Source: Scyliorhinus canicula
Lineage: Eukaryota
DNA length: 64,000 nt
Assembly: GCF_902713615.1 (NCBI RefSeq)
Contig: NW_024055454.1
Span: forward strand, 1 to 64,000
Direction: 5' to 3'
Shown: piece by piece, positions 51,895 through 61,790 of the stretch
How positions within the stretch are numbered: the first letter of the stretch is position 1
How the letters are laid out: the number at the start of each line of letters is the position of its first letter
Position numbers and translations under genes: made by a program
Notes under the pieces: generated by a model
The model's database searches: none
Told to the model about the DNA's origin: nothing
What the model saw: the letters and a program-made list of their open reading frames with translations, nothing else

Positions 51895-54800
51895 AACCAG
51901 CTTCCTGTCCTTTTCCCAGCTCTCTGCGCTTTTCCCAGCTCTCTGATCTTTCCTCCACTTCTGTAATTTGCCCAGCTGCATCTTTCCAGGTTGTTTGCTC
52001 TTTGCCTCAGCTTCTGGAACTTTCCACTTGCTCTTTGTGCTTTTCCCCAGAACATGGCACTTTGCCCCCTGATTATTGGCTTTGGCCCAGCAATTACCAC
52101 TTTTCCCCGTGTTCCTGCAGATTCTCTCCCCTGTCTGCGCTCAGCTCTCTGCCATCTCACCTGCTCACTACTCAGCTCTCGTATTTCCCAGGCTCCCTAT
52201 ACTTTACCCAGCTTTATACATTTCCCAGGCTCCGTGTCCCCACCCCCCCCCCCCCCCCCCCCCCCCCGCCCCCCGCCCCACCCTCCGGCCCGCTCGCTAC
52301 CCATTCCGAGGCTCCCTGTGCTTTTCCCAGCTCTCTGCATTTTCCAGGCTCCCTGTGCTTTTCCCCAGCTCTCTGCCTTTTCTCAGGCTCCCTGTGCTTT
52401 TCCCCAGCTCTCTGCCTTTTCCCAGGCTCCCTGTACTTTAACCCAGCTTATACCATTTCCCAGGCTCCATGTGTTCCCCCCCCCCCCATCCCAGCTCGCT
52501 GCCGTACCGAGGCTCCCTGTGCTTTCCCCAGCACTCTGCCTTTCCCAGTCTCCCTGCGCTTTTCCCCAGCTCCATCTTTTCCCAGGCTCCCTGCGCTTTC
52601 CCCCCAGCTCTCACCCTTTCCCAGGCTCCCTGTGCTTTTCCCCATCTCTCTACCTTTTACCAATCTCCCTGCGCTTTTCCCCAGCTCCTTCTTTTCCCAG
52701 GCTCCCTGCACTTTTCCCCAGCTCTATCTTTTCCCAGTCTCCCTGCGCTTTTCCCAGATCTTCTTTTCCCAGGCTCCCTGCACTTTTCCCCAGCTCTATA
52801 CCTTTTCCCAGTCTCTCTGCGCTTTTCCCAGCTCTATCTTTTTCCCAGGTTCCCTGTGCTTGCCCCATCTCCATATCGTCTCCCAGGCTTCCTGGCTTTT
52901 TCCCAGCTCTCTACCATTTCGCAGTCTCCCTGTGCTTTTCCCCAGCTCTCAGCCTTTTCCCAGTCTCCCTGCGCTTTCCCCAGCTCTCAGCCTTTTCCCA
53001 GGCTCCCTGTGCTTTCCCCCAGCTCTCAGCCTTTTCCCAGGGCTCCCTATGCTTTTCCCCAGCTCTCAGCCTTTCCCAGGCTCCTGTGCTTTCCCAGCTC
53101 TCTACCTTTTCCCAGGCTCCCTGTGCTTTCCCCCAACTCTCTGCCCTTTCCCAGACCCCTGCGCTTTCCCCCAACTCTCTCCTTTCCCAGACTCCCTGTG
53201 CTTTTCCCCAACTCTCGCCTTTTCCCAGCCTCCCTGTGCTTTTCCCCAGCTCCATCCTTTCCAAGGCTCCCTGCGCTTTCCCCCCAGCTCTCTACCTTTT
53301 CCCAGGCTCCCTGCACTTTACCCCAGCTCTCTGCATTTCCCAGTCTCCCTGCGCTTTTCCCCAGCTCCTTCTTTTCCCAGGCTCCCTGCACTTTTCCCAG
53401 CTCTCTACCTTTTCCCAGTCTCCCTGCGCTTTTCCCCAGCTCTATTTTTTCCCAGTCTCCCTGCGCTTTTCCCCAGCTCCTTTCCCAGGCTCCCTGCACT
53501 TTACCCAGCTCTATACCTTTCCCAGTCTCCCTGCGCTTTCCCCAGCTCTATCTTTTCCCAGGCTCCCTGTGCTTTCCCCAGCTCATATCGTCTCCCAGGC
53601 TTCCTGTGATTTTCCCCAGCTCTCTACCTTTTCCCAGGCATCCTGTGCTTTTTCCCAGCTCTCTACCTTTTCCCAGGCATCCTGTGCTTTTTCCCAGCTC
53701 TCTACCTTTTCCCAGGCTCCCTGTCCTATTCCCCAGCTCTATACTTTTTCCCAGTCTCCCTGCGCTTTTCCCCAGCTCTATCTTTTCCCAGTCTCCCTGC
53801 GCTTTTCCCCAGCTCCTTATTTTCCCAGGCTCCTGCACTTTCCCCAGCTCTATACTTTTTCCCAGGTCCTGCGCTTTTCCCCAGCTCTATCTTTTCCCAG
53901 GCTCCCTGTGCTTTCCCCATCTCCATGTCATCTCCAGGCTTCCTGTCATTCCCAGCTCTATACCTTTTCCCAGGCTTCCTGTGATTTTCCCATCTCTCTA
54001 CCTTTTCCCAGGCATCCTGCTTTTTCCCAGCTCTCTACCTTTTCCCGGGCATCCTACGCTTTTTCCCAGCTGTCTACCTTTTCCCAGTCTCCTGTGCTTT
54101 TCCCCAGCTCTCAGCCTTTCCCAGTCTCCCTACGCTTTTCCCCAGCTCTCAGCCTTTTCCCAGGCTCCCTGCGCTTTTCCCCAGCTCTCAGCCTTTCCAG
54201 TCTCCCTGAGCTTTCGCCCCGCTTCCTGAATTTTCCGGACTCCTTTTGCTTTCCTCCAGCTCTCAAACGTTTCCCAGGCTCCCTGTCCTATTCCCCCAGC
54301 TCATACTTTTTCCCAGTCCCTGCGCTTTTCCCCAGCTCTATCTTTTCCCAGTCTCCTGCGCTTTTCCCCAGCTCCTTCTTTTCCCAGGCTCCCTGCACTT
54401 TTCCCCAGCTCTATACTTTTTCCCAGTCTCCCTGCGCTTTTCCCCAGCTCTATCTTTTCCCAGGCTCCCTGTGCTTTCCCCCAACTCTCTGCCCTTTCCC
54501 AGACCCCCTGCGTTTTCCCCCAACTCTCTGCCCTTTCCCAGACTCCCTGTGCTTTTCCCCAACTCTCTGCCTTTTCCCAGCCTCCCTGTGCTTTCCCCCA
54601 GCTCCATCCTTTCCAAGGCTCCCTGCGCTTTCCCCCCAGCTCTCTACCTTTTCCCAGGCTCCCTGCACTTTTCTCCAGCTCTGCATTTTCCCAGTCTCCT
54701 GCGCTTTTCCCCAGCTCCTTCTTGTCCAGGCTCCCTGCACTTTTCCCCAGCTCTATACCTTTTCCCAGTCTCCCTGCGCTTTTCCCCAGCTCTATTTGTT

Positions 54801-57360
54801 CCCAGTCTCACTGCGCTTTTCCCAGCTCCTTCTTTTCCCAGGCTCCCTGCACTTTACCCCAGCTCTATAACTTTTCCCAGTCTCCCTGCGCTTTTCCCCA
54901 GCTCTATCTTTTCCCAGGCTCCCTGTGCTTTTCCCGAGCTCCATATCGTCTCCCAGGCTTCCTGTGATTTTCCCCAGCTCTCTACCTTTTCCAGGCATCC
55001 TGTGCTTTTTCACAGCTCTCTACCTTTTCCCAGGCATCCTGTGCTTTTTCCCAGCTCTTTACTTTCCCAGGCTTCCTGTGCTTTTCCCCAGCTCTCTACC
55101 GTTTCCCAGTCTCCCTGCTCTTCCCCAGCTCTCTACCTTTTCCCAGGCTCCCTGCGCTTTCCCCCCAGCTCTCTACATTTCCCAGGCTCCCTGTGCTTTT
55201 CCCCGTCTCTTACCTTTTCCCAGGGTCCCTGCACTTTTCCCCAGCTCTCTGCATTTTCCCAGTCTCCTGTGCTTTTCCCCAGCTCCTCTTTTCCCAGGCT
55301 TCTTTGCCTTTTCCCCAGCTCTATACTTTTTCCCAGTCTCCCTGCGCTTTTCCCCAGCTCTATCCTTTCCCAGGCTCCCTGTGCTTTCCCCCATCTCCAT
55401 GTCGTCTCCCAGGCTTCCTGTCATTTCCCCAGCTCTCTACCTTTTCCCAGGCTTCCTGTGATTTTCCCCAGCTCTCTACCTTTTCCCAGGCATCCTGTGC
55501 TTTTTCCCAGCTCTCTACCTTTCCCAGGCATCCTGCGCTTTTTCCCAGCTGTCTACCTTTTCCCAGTCTCCCTGTGCTTTTCCCAGCTCTCAGCCTTCCC
55601 AGTCTCCCTACGCTTTTCCCCAGCTCTCAGCCTTTTCCCAGGCTCCCTGCGCTTTTCCCCAGCTCTCAGCCTTTCCCAGTCTCCCTGAGCTTTCGCCCCG
55701 CTTCCTGAATTTTCCGGACTCCTTTTGCTTTCCTCCAGCTCTCAAACGTTTCCCAGGCTCCCTGTCCTATTCCCCCAGCTCTATACTTTTTCCCAGTCTC
55801 CCTGCGCTTTTCCCCAGCTCTATCTTTTCCCAGTCTCCCTGCGCTTTTCCCCAGCTCCTTATTTTCCCAGGCTCCCTGCCACTTTTCCCCAGCTCTATAG
55901 TTTTCCCAGGTCCCTGCGCTTTTCCCAGCTCTATCTTTTCCCAGGCTCCCTGTGCTTTCCCCCATCTCCATGTCATCTCCCAGGCTTCCTGTTTTCCCCA
56001 GCTCTCTACCTTTTCCCAGGCTTCCTGTGATTTTCCCCATCTCTCTACCTTTTCCCAGGCATCCTGTGCTTTTTCCCAGCTCTCTACCTTTTCCCGGGCA
56101 TCCTACGCTTTTTCCCAGCTGTCTACCTTTTCCCAGTCTCCCTGTGCTTTTCCCCAGCTCTCAGCCTTTCCCAGTCTCCCTACGCTTTTCCCCAGCTCTC
56201 AGCTTTTCCCAGGCTCCCTGCGTTTTCCCCAGCTCTCAGCCTTTTCCCAGTCTCCCTGAGCTTTCGCCCCGCTTCCTGCATTTCCGGACTCCTTTTGCTT
56301 TCTTCCAGCTCTCAAACGTTTCCCAGGCCCCTGTCCTATTCCCCCAGCTCTATACTTTTTCCCAGTCTCCCTGCGCTTTTCCCCAGCTCTATCTTTCCCA
56401 GGCTCCCTGTGCTTTCCCCCATTTCCATATCGTCTCCCAGGCTTCCTGTGCTTTTCCCCAGCTCTCTACCTTTTCCCAGGCTCCCCGCACTTTTCCCCAG
56501 CTTTCTACCCTTTCCCAGGCTCCCTGCGCTTTCCCAAGCTCTATACATTTCCCAGGCTCCTGTGCTCTTCCCCAGCTCTCTGTCTGTTCCCAGCTCCCTG
56601 TGCTTTCCCCCGCTCTCTGCCCTTTCCCAGACTCCCTGCGCTTTTCCCCAGCTCTCTGCCTTTCCCAGACTCCCCGCACTTTTCCCCTGCTCTCTACCTT
56701 TTCCAGGCTTCCTGTGCTTTCCCCCAGCTCTCTACCTTTTCCCAGTCTCCCTGCGCTTTTCCCCAGCTCTCGCTTTTCCCAGGCTCCCCGCACGTTTCAC
56801 ACCAGCTTTCTACTCTTTCCCAGGCTCCCTGCACGTTTTCCCAGCTTTCTACCTTTTCCCAGCTCATGCGCTTTCCCCCAACCTCACCTTTTCCCAGGCT
56901 CCCTGTACTTTCTCCAGATCGCTGCCTTTCCCAGTCTCCCTGTGCTTTTCCCAACTCTCTACCTTTTCCCAGCTTCCCTATGCTTTCCCCGGCTCTCTGC
57001 CTTTTCCCAGGCTCCCTGTGCTTTCCCCCGGCTCTCTGCCTTTTCCCAGGCTTCCCTGTCCTTTCCTCCCTCTATATTTTCCCAGGCTTCCTATGCTTTC
57101 CCCCAGCTCTCTATATTTTCCCAGGCTCCCTGTGCTTTCCCCAGCTCTCTATATTTTCTCAGGCTCCCCGCAGTTTTCCACAGCTCTCTGCCTTTTCCGA
57201 GGCTTCCCGCACATTTCCCCAACTCTCTACCTTTTCCAGGGCTCTCTGCTCTATTCCATGACTCTTTGACTGTTCCTCTCCCTCGATATTTTCCCACGTC
57301 CTCTTTACAATTCTCCCCGCCCCCGACCCTGACGGTTCCCTCCAGCTCTCTTCTCTTTCT
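51895..57360 (-). repeat. ~5.4 kb tandem array, ~38-39 bp dimeric unit, G-rich and AGCT-containing on the Ig sense strand (switch-region-like)
   Basis: Plus-strand consensus CCCAGGCTCCCTGTGCTTTT-CCCCAGCTCTCTACCTTTT, i.e. minus AAAAGGTAGAGAGCTGGGG-AAAAGCACAGGGAGCCTGGG; core ~52310-57240. The array is certain; its function is inferred. Confidence 0.95.
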
Positions 57361-57690
57361 CCTGGGTCTTACTGCTCCCTTGCCAGGCCACCACATTCGT
57401 GCACACTGGCTCTCACTCCTCGCTCCAATTCTCTCTTCCTCTCTCATTGCAGACTAACTAACTCCCATTTAGTGAGCAAGGGGACAAGTGAATGAGGGTG
57501 AGATAGCAGGGGTGTGAATTAGGGCGGGAGTGGAGTGAGAAGAGGGTGGCTGGGTGTGTCAGTGTGTGTGCATGAACAATCGGGGGCGTATGAGTGTGGA
57601 GCATGAGGATGGGCGTGCAATTGTAAATGAGTGAGGATGGATTGGTGAGTGAGGGAGGATGCATGGGCGACGGTGGTGGTTGAAATAAAT

Positions 57691-57966
57691 GAGCACAGTA
57701 AGAAGTCTTACAACACCAGGTTAAAGTCTAACAGATTTGTTTCAAACACGAGCTTTTGGAGCACTGCTCCTTCCTCAGGCGAATGAAAAGATATGTTCCC
57801 GAAACATACATATAGAGTTTGTTGTCTATATATTTCTGGAACCTACCTCTTCACTCACCTGAGGAAGGAGCAGTGCTGCGAAAGCTAGTGTTTCAAACAA
57901 ACCTGTTGGACTTTAACCTGGAGTTGTCAGATTTCTTACCGTGCTCACCCAATCCAACGCCAGCAT
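57691..57966. mobile_element. Penelope-like terminal-repeat palindrome (inverted pair centred near 57820)
   Basis: The left arm matches 5975-6100 of the PLE; the right arm is its reverse complement. Confidence 0.88.
57856..57890 (+). ncRNA. Minimal type-I hammerhead ribozyme motif (stem II has one mismatch)
   Basis: CAC CTGAGGA A GGAGC AGT GCTGC GAAA GCTA GTG. Confidence 0.5.
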
Positions 57967-59935
57967 GACTGTGTGTCAGGGAGGGTGGGTGATTGAAAGT
58001 GTGTCGGGGAGCGTGTGTGAGTGAGTGTCTGTCAGGGAGGATGGGTGGTGGTGAGTGTGTGTCAGGGAATGTGGGTCAGTGAGTGTGTGGCAGGGAGGGT
58101 GGGTGAGTGAGAGTGTGTCAGGGAGGGTGGGTGAGAGAGAGTTTGTCAGGTGGGTGGGTGAGTGAGAGTGAGTGAGGGAGGGTGGGTGAGTGAGAGTGTG
58201 TCAGGGAGGCTGGGTGAGCGAGTGAGTGAGGGAGGGTGGGTGAGTGAGAGTGTGTCAGGGAGGGTGGGTGAGTGAGAGTGCGTCAGGGAGGCTGGGTGAG
58301 TGTGTATGGGTGGGTGAGTGAGAGTGTGTCAGGTAGGGTGGGTGAGAGAGTGAGTGAGGGAGGGTGGGTGAGTCTGTGTGTCAGGGATGGTGGGTGAGAG
58401 AGAGTGTGTCAGGGAGGCTGGGTGAGTGTGTCTGGGTGGGTGAGTGAGAGTGTGTCAGGTAGGGTGGGTGAGAGAGTGAGTGAGGGAGGGTGGGTGAGTC
58501 TGTGTGTCAGGGAGGGTGTGTGAGTGACTGTGTGTCAGGGAGGGTGGGTGATTGAAAGTGTGTCGGGGAGCGTGTGTGAGTGAGTGTCTGTCAGGGAGGA
58601 TGGGGGGGTGGCGAGTGTGTGTCAGGGAATGTGGGTCAGTGAGTGTGTGGCAGGGAGGGTGGGTGAGTGAGAGTGTGTCAGGGAGGGTGGGTGAGAGAGA
58701 GTTTGTCAGGGTGGGTGGGTGAGTGAGAGTGAGTGAGGGAGGGTGGGTGAGTGAGAGTGTGTCAGGGAGGCTGGGTGAGCGAGTGAGTGAGGGAGGGTGG
58801 GTGAGTGAGAGTGTGTCAGGGAGGGTGGGTGAGTGAGAGTGCGTCAGGGAGGCTGGGTGAGTGTGTATGGGTGGGTGAGTGAGAGTGTGTCAGGTAGGGT
58901 GGGTGAGAGAGTGAGTGAGGGAGGGTGGGTGAGTCTGTGTGTGTCAGGAAGGGTGGGTGAGTGAGAGTATGTCAGTGAGGGTAAGTGAGTGAAAATGTGT
59001 CAGGGAGGGTGGGTGAATGAGTGTCTGTCAGGGAGTGTGGGGGTGAGTGTGTGTCAGGGAGGGTGGGGTGTGTGTGCGTCAGAGAGGGAGGGTGAGTGAG
59101 TGTGTGTCAGGGAGGGTGGATGAGTGAGAGTGTGACAGGGAGGGTGGGTGACTGAGAGTTTCAGGGAGGGTGGGGGAGTGAAAGAGTATCAGTGAGGGTG
59201 GGTGAGTGAGTGTGTGTCAGGGAGAGTGGGTGAGTGTGTGTGTGTCATGGTTGGTGGGTGAGAGAGAGTGTGTCAGGGAGGGTGTGTGAGTGTGTGTGTG
59301 TCAGGTAGGGTGTGTGAGTGAGGGTGCATGAGTGAGAGTGGATCAGGGAGGTGTGTCAGTGAGGGTGGGTGAGTGAGTGTGTGTCAGGGTGGGTGGGTGA
59401 GTGTGTGTCAGGGAGGGTGGGTGAGTGAGCCTGTGTCAGGGTGGGTGGGTGAGTGTGTGTCAGGGAGGGTGGCTGAGTGAGTGTGTCAGGGAGGGTGGGT
59501 GTGTGAGAGAGTGTCAGGGAGGGTGGGTGAATGAGAGTGTCAGGGAGGGTGGCTGAGTGTCTGTGTGTCAGGGAGGGTGGCTGAGTGTCTGTGTGTCAGG
59601 GAGGGTGGGTGAGTGAGTGTGTGTCAGGGAGTGTGGGTGAGTGAAAGTGTGTCAGTGAGGGTGGGTGAGTGAGAGTGTGTCAGGGAGGGTGGTTGAGTGA
59701 GAGTGTGTCAGGGAGGGTGAGTGAATGTGTGTCAGGGAGGGTGGGTGAGTGTATCACCGAGGGTGGGTGAGTCAGAGTGTGTCAGGGAGGGTGGGGTGAG
59801 TCAGAGTGTGTCAGGGAGGGTGGGTGAGTGAGAGTGTGTCAGGGAGGGCGAGTGAGTGTGTCAGGGAGGGTGGGTGAGTGAGAGTGTGTCAGGGTGGGTG
59901 GGTGAGTGAGGGTAAGTGAGTGAGGGTGGGTGTGA
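57967..59935 (+). repeat. ~28 bp G-rich satellite (GGGAGGGTGGGTGAGTGAGAGTGTGTCA)n with a 559 bp higher-order duplication
   Basis: The variant marker gattgaaag occurs at 57991 and 58550. Confidence 0.95.
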
Positions 59936-60219
59936 TTGTGGGTGTGAGGGTGGGTGTGAGGGTTGTTAAGGAAAGATGTATCATCGAGGATAGGTGAGTG
60001 AGGGCGAGTGAGCGTGGATGAGTGAGTGGCCGCGATGGTCCTTCCCAGGTGCTCCCAGCCCATTAGGACGATGTTCCTCTGGATAAGTTTCCGCTCAGGC
60101 TCAGCTTCCTGTTGACTGTTGTCCACAGTCGAGCTGGGGGCTCTTCCAATCGGCTCCACCACCCCCACCTCCTCCTCTTCCTCTCCATCGATCCTGTCCT
60201 GATTCTCCACATTGATCAG

Positions 60220-60413
60220 CTTTCAGTAACACCGGCTGTGTACAGTCAGACAGCAGTGTAGATCACTGGGCAGCTGCTTTAATACTTTCAGTAACACCGG
60301 CTGTGTACAGTCAGACAGCAGTGTAGATCACTGGGCAGCTGCTTTAATACTTTCAGTAACACCGGCTGTGTACAGTCAGACAGCAGTGTAGATCACTGGG
60401 CAGCTGCTTTAAT
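60220..60413. repeat. 3 x 65 bp perfect tandem repeat
   Basis: ctttcagtaacaccggctgtg...gggcagctgctttaat starts at 60220, 60285 and 60350. Confidence 0.97.
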
Positions 60414-60559
60414 GCCGATGTAATTTCATTTTGTACAAAACAATTCGGAACTTCAACAATGAACATTCCTGCAACTTGAGATTTTCATTTTACAAATGGC
60501 AATTTCAGGCCGTAAAATTGTTGTCATATTATGTCAGAGTGTTTTCTTCATTTTTGTGC

Positions 60560-61790
60560 TGTAGGAGTCTCTGGCTGGGCCAGCATTTATTTCCCATCCC
60601 TCAGTGCCATTGAGATGATGGTGGTGAGCTTCATTCTTCAACCACTGCAGTCCATGTGATGTTTGGGAGGCAGCTCCAAAATTTTGAATCATCGACAGTG
60701 AAGGAACAATGTGATATCTTGAGATCACGATGGAGAGAGGCTTGATGGAGAAATTCCAGTTGGTGATGTTCCCATGTGTCTGCTGTCCTTGTCCAGATGG
60801 TGCTGTTGTGAGTTTGGAAGCTGCTGTCGAAGGAGCCATGACGAGTTCCTGCAGAGCATGTTGTAGGTGTTACACACTGCTGCCAGTGTTCCTCAGTGGT
60901 GCGGGGAGGGAGTGGGTGTCGATGGTGTGCCAATCACGGGCTACTTTGTCCTGGATGATGTTGAGTTTTTGAGTGTCGTTGGAGCTGTATTCATTCAGGC
61001 AAATGGGGAGCATTCCATCACACTCCTGAATGTGCCTTGCAGATGGTGGACGTGATATGGAGCTGCCGGCGTTGGACTGGGGTGAGCACAGTAAGAAGTC
61101 TCACTCAGGTGACTCACCTGATGAAGGAGCTGCGCTCCGAAAGCTAGGGATTCCAAACAAACCTGTTGGACTTTAACCTGGTGTTGCAGATGGTGGACAG
61201 GCTTTGGGGCGTCAGGAGGTGTTTTTGTTGCAGAATTCCGAGTCTCTGACCTGTTGTCACAGCCACACTGTGTATATGGCGAGTCCAGTTCAGTTTCTGG
61301 TCAATGGTCAGCAGGGGATTCAGCGATGGTAATTCCATTGAATGACATGGGGTGATCGTTCGATCTTCGCTTGTTTGAGATGTCCATTGCGTGCACTTGT
61401 CTGGTGCGAATGTTACTTTCCCCTTGTCAGCCCAAGCCTGGATATAGTCCAGATCTTGCTGCATTTAGCAATGGACTGCTTCAGTAATTACGGAGTCGTG
61501 AATGGTGCTGAACATCGTTCAATGATCAGCCAAAATCCCCATTTCTGACTTTTGGAAGGTCATTGCTGAAGCAGCTAAAGATGGCGGGGCCGACACTGAG
61601 GAACCCCTGCAGTGATGTCCTGGAACTGAGATGATTGATCTCCAACAATCGAAACCATCTTCCGCTCGGTATGACTCAAACCAGCGGGGAATTTCCCCCC
61701 GATTCCCATAAACTTCAGTTTTGTTCGGGGTCCTTGATGCAACACTGGTTCAAATGTTGCCTTGATGTCACGAACAGTCACACTCAGCTG
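60560..61790 (-). mobile_element. CR1/L2-type RT fragment interrupted by a collapsed Penelope terminal-repeat insertion (~61055-61190)
   Basis: QQDLDYIQAWADK.KVTFAP.KC and DITAGVPQ motifs; the PLE repeat matches 5945-6070. Confidence 0.8.
61115..61150 (+). ncRNA. Minimal type-I hammerhead ribozyme motif with intact core
   Basis: CAC CTGATGA(61118-24) A GGAGC TGC GCTCC GAAA(61139-42) GCTA GGGA; stem II is perfect and stem I carries one mismatch. Confidence 0.55.

Noticed and set aside
52310-57240. CACAGGG in each array unit (minus strand) as a cryptic RSS heptamer
   Set aside because: One mismatch to CACAGTG, but no nonamer-like sequence at either spacing.
51991-57457. Very long ORFs (959, 586, 535, 501 and 480 aa) rich in F/P/S/Q/L
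   Set aside because: They are translations of the T/C-rich tandem array, which lacks stop codons by composition; there is no domain or splice evidence.
61220-61272. RSS-like TGTTTTTGT ... CACTGTG
   Set aside because: The spacer is 37 nt rather than 12 or 22/23; it lies inside a LINE fragment with no adjacent gene segment.
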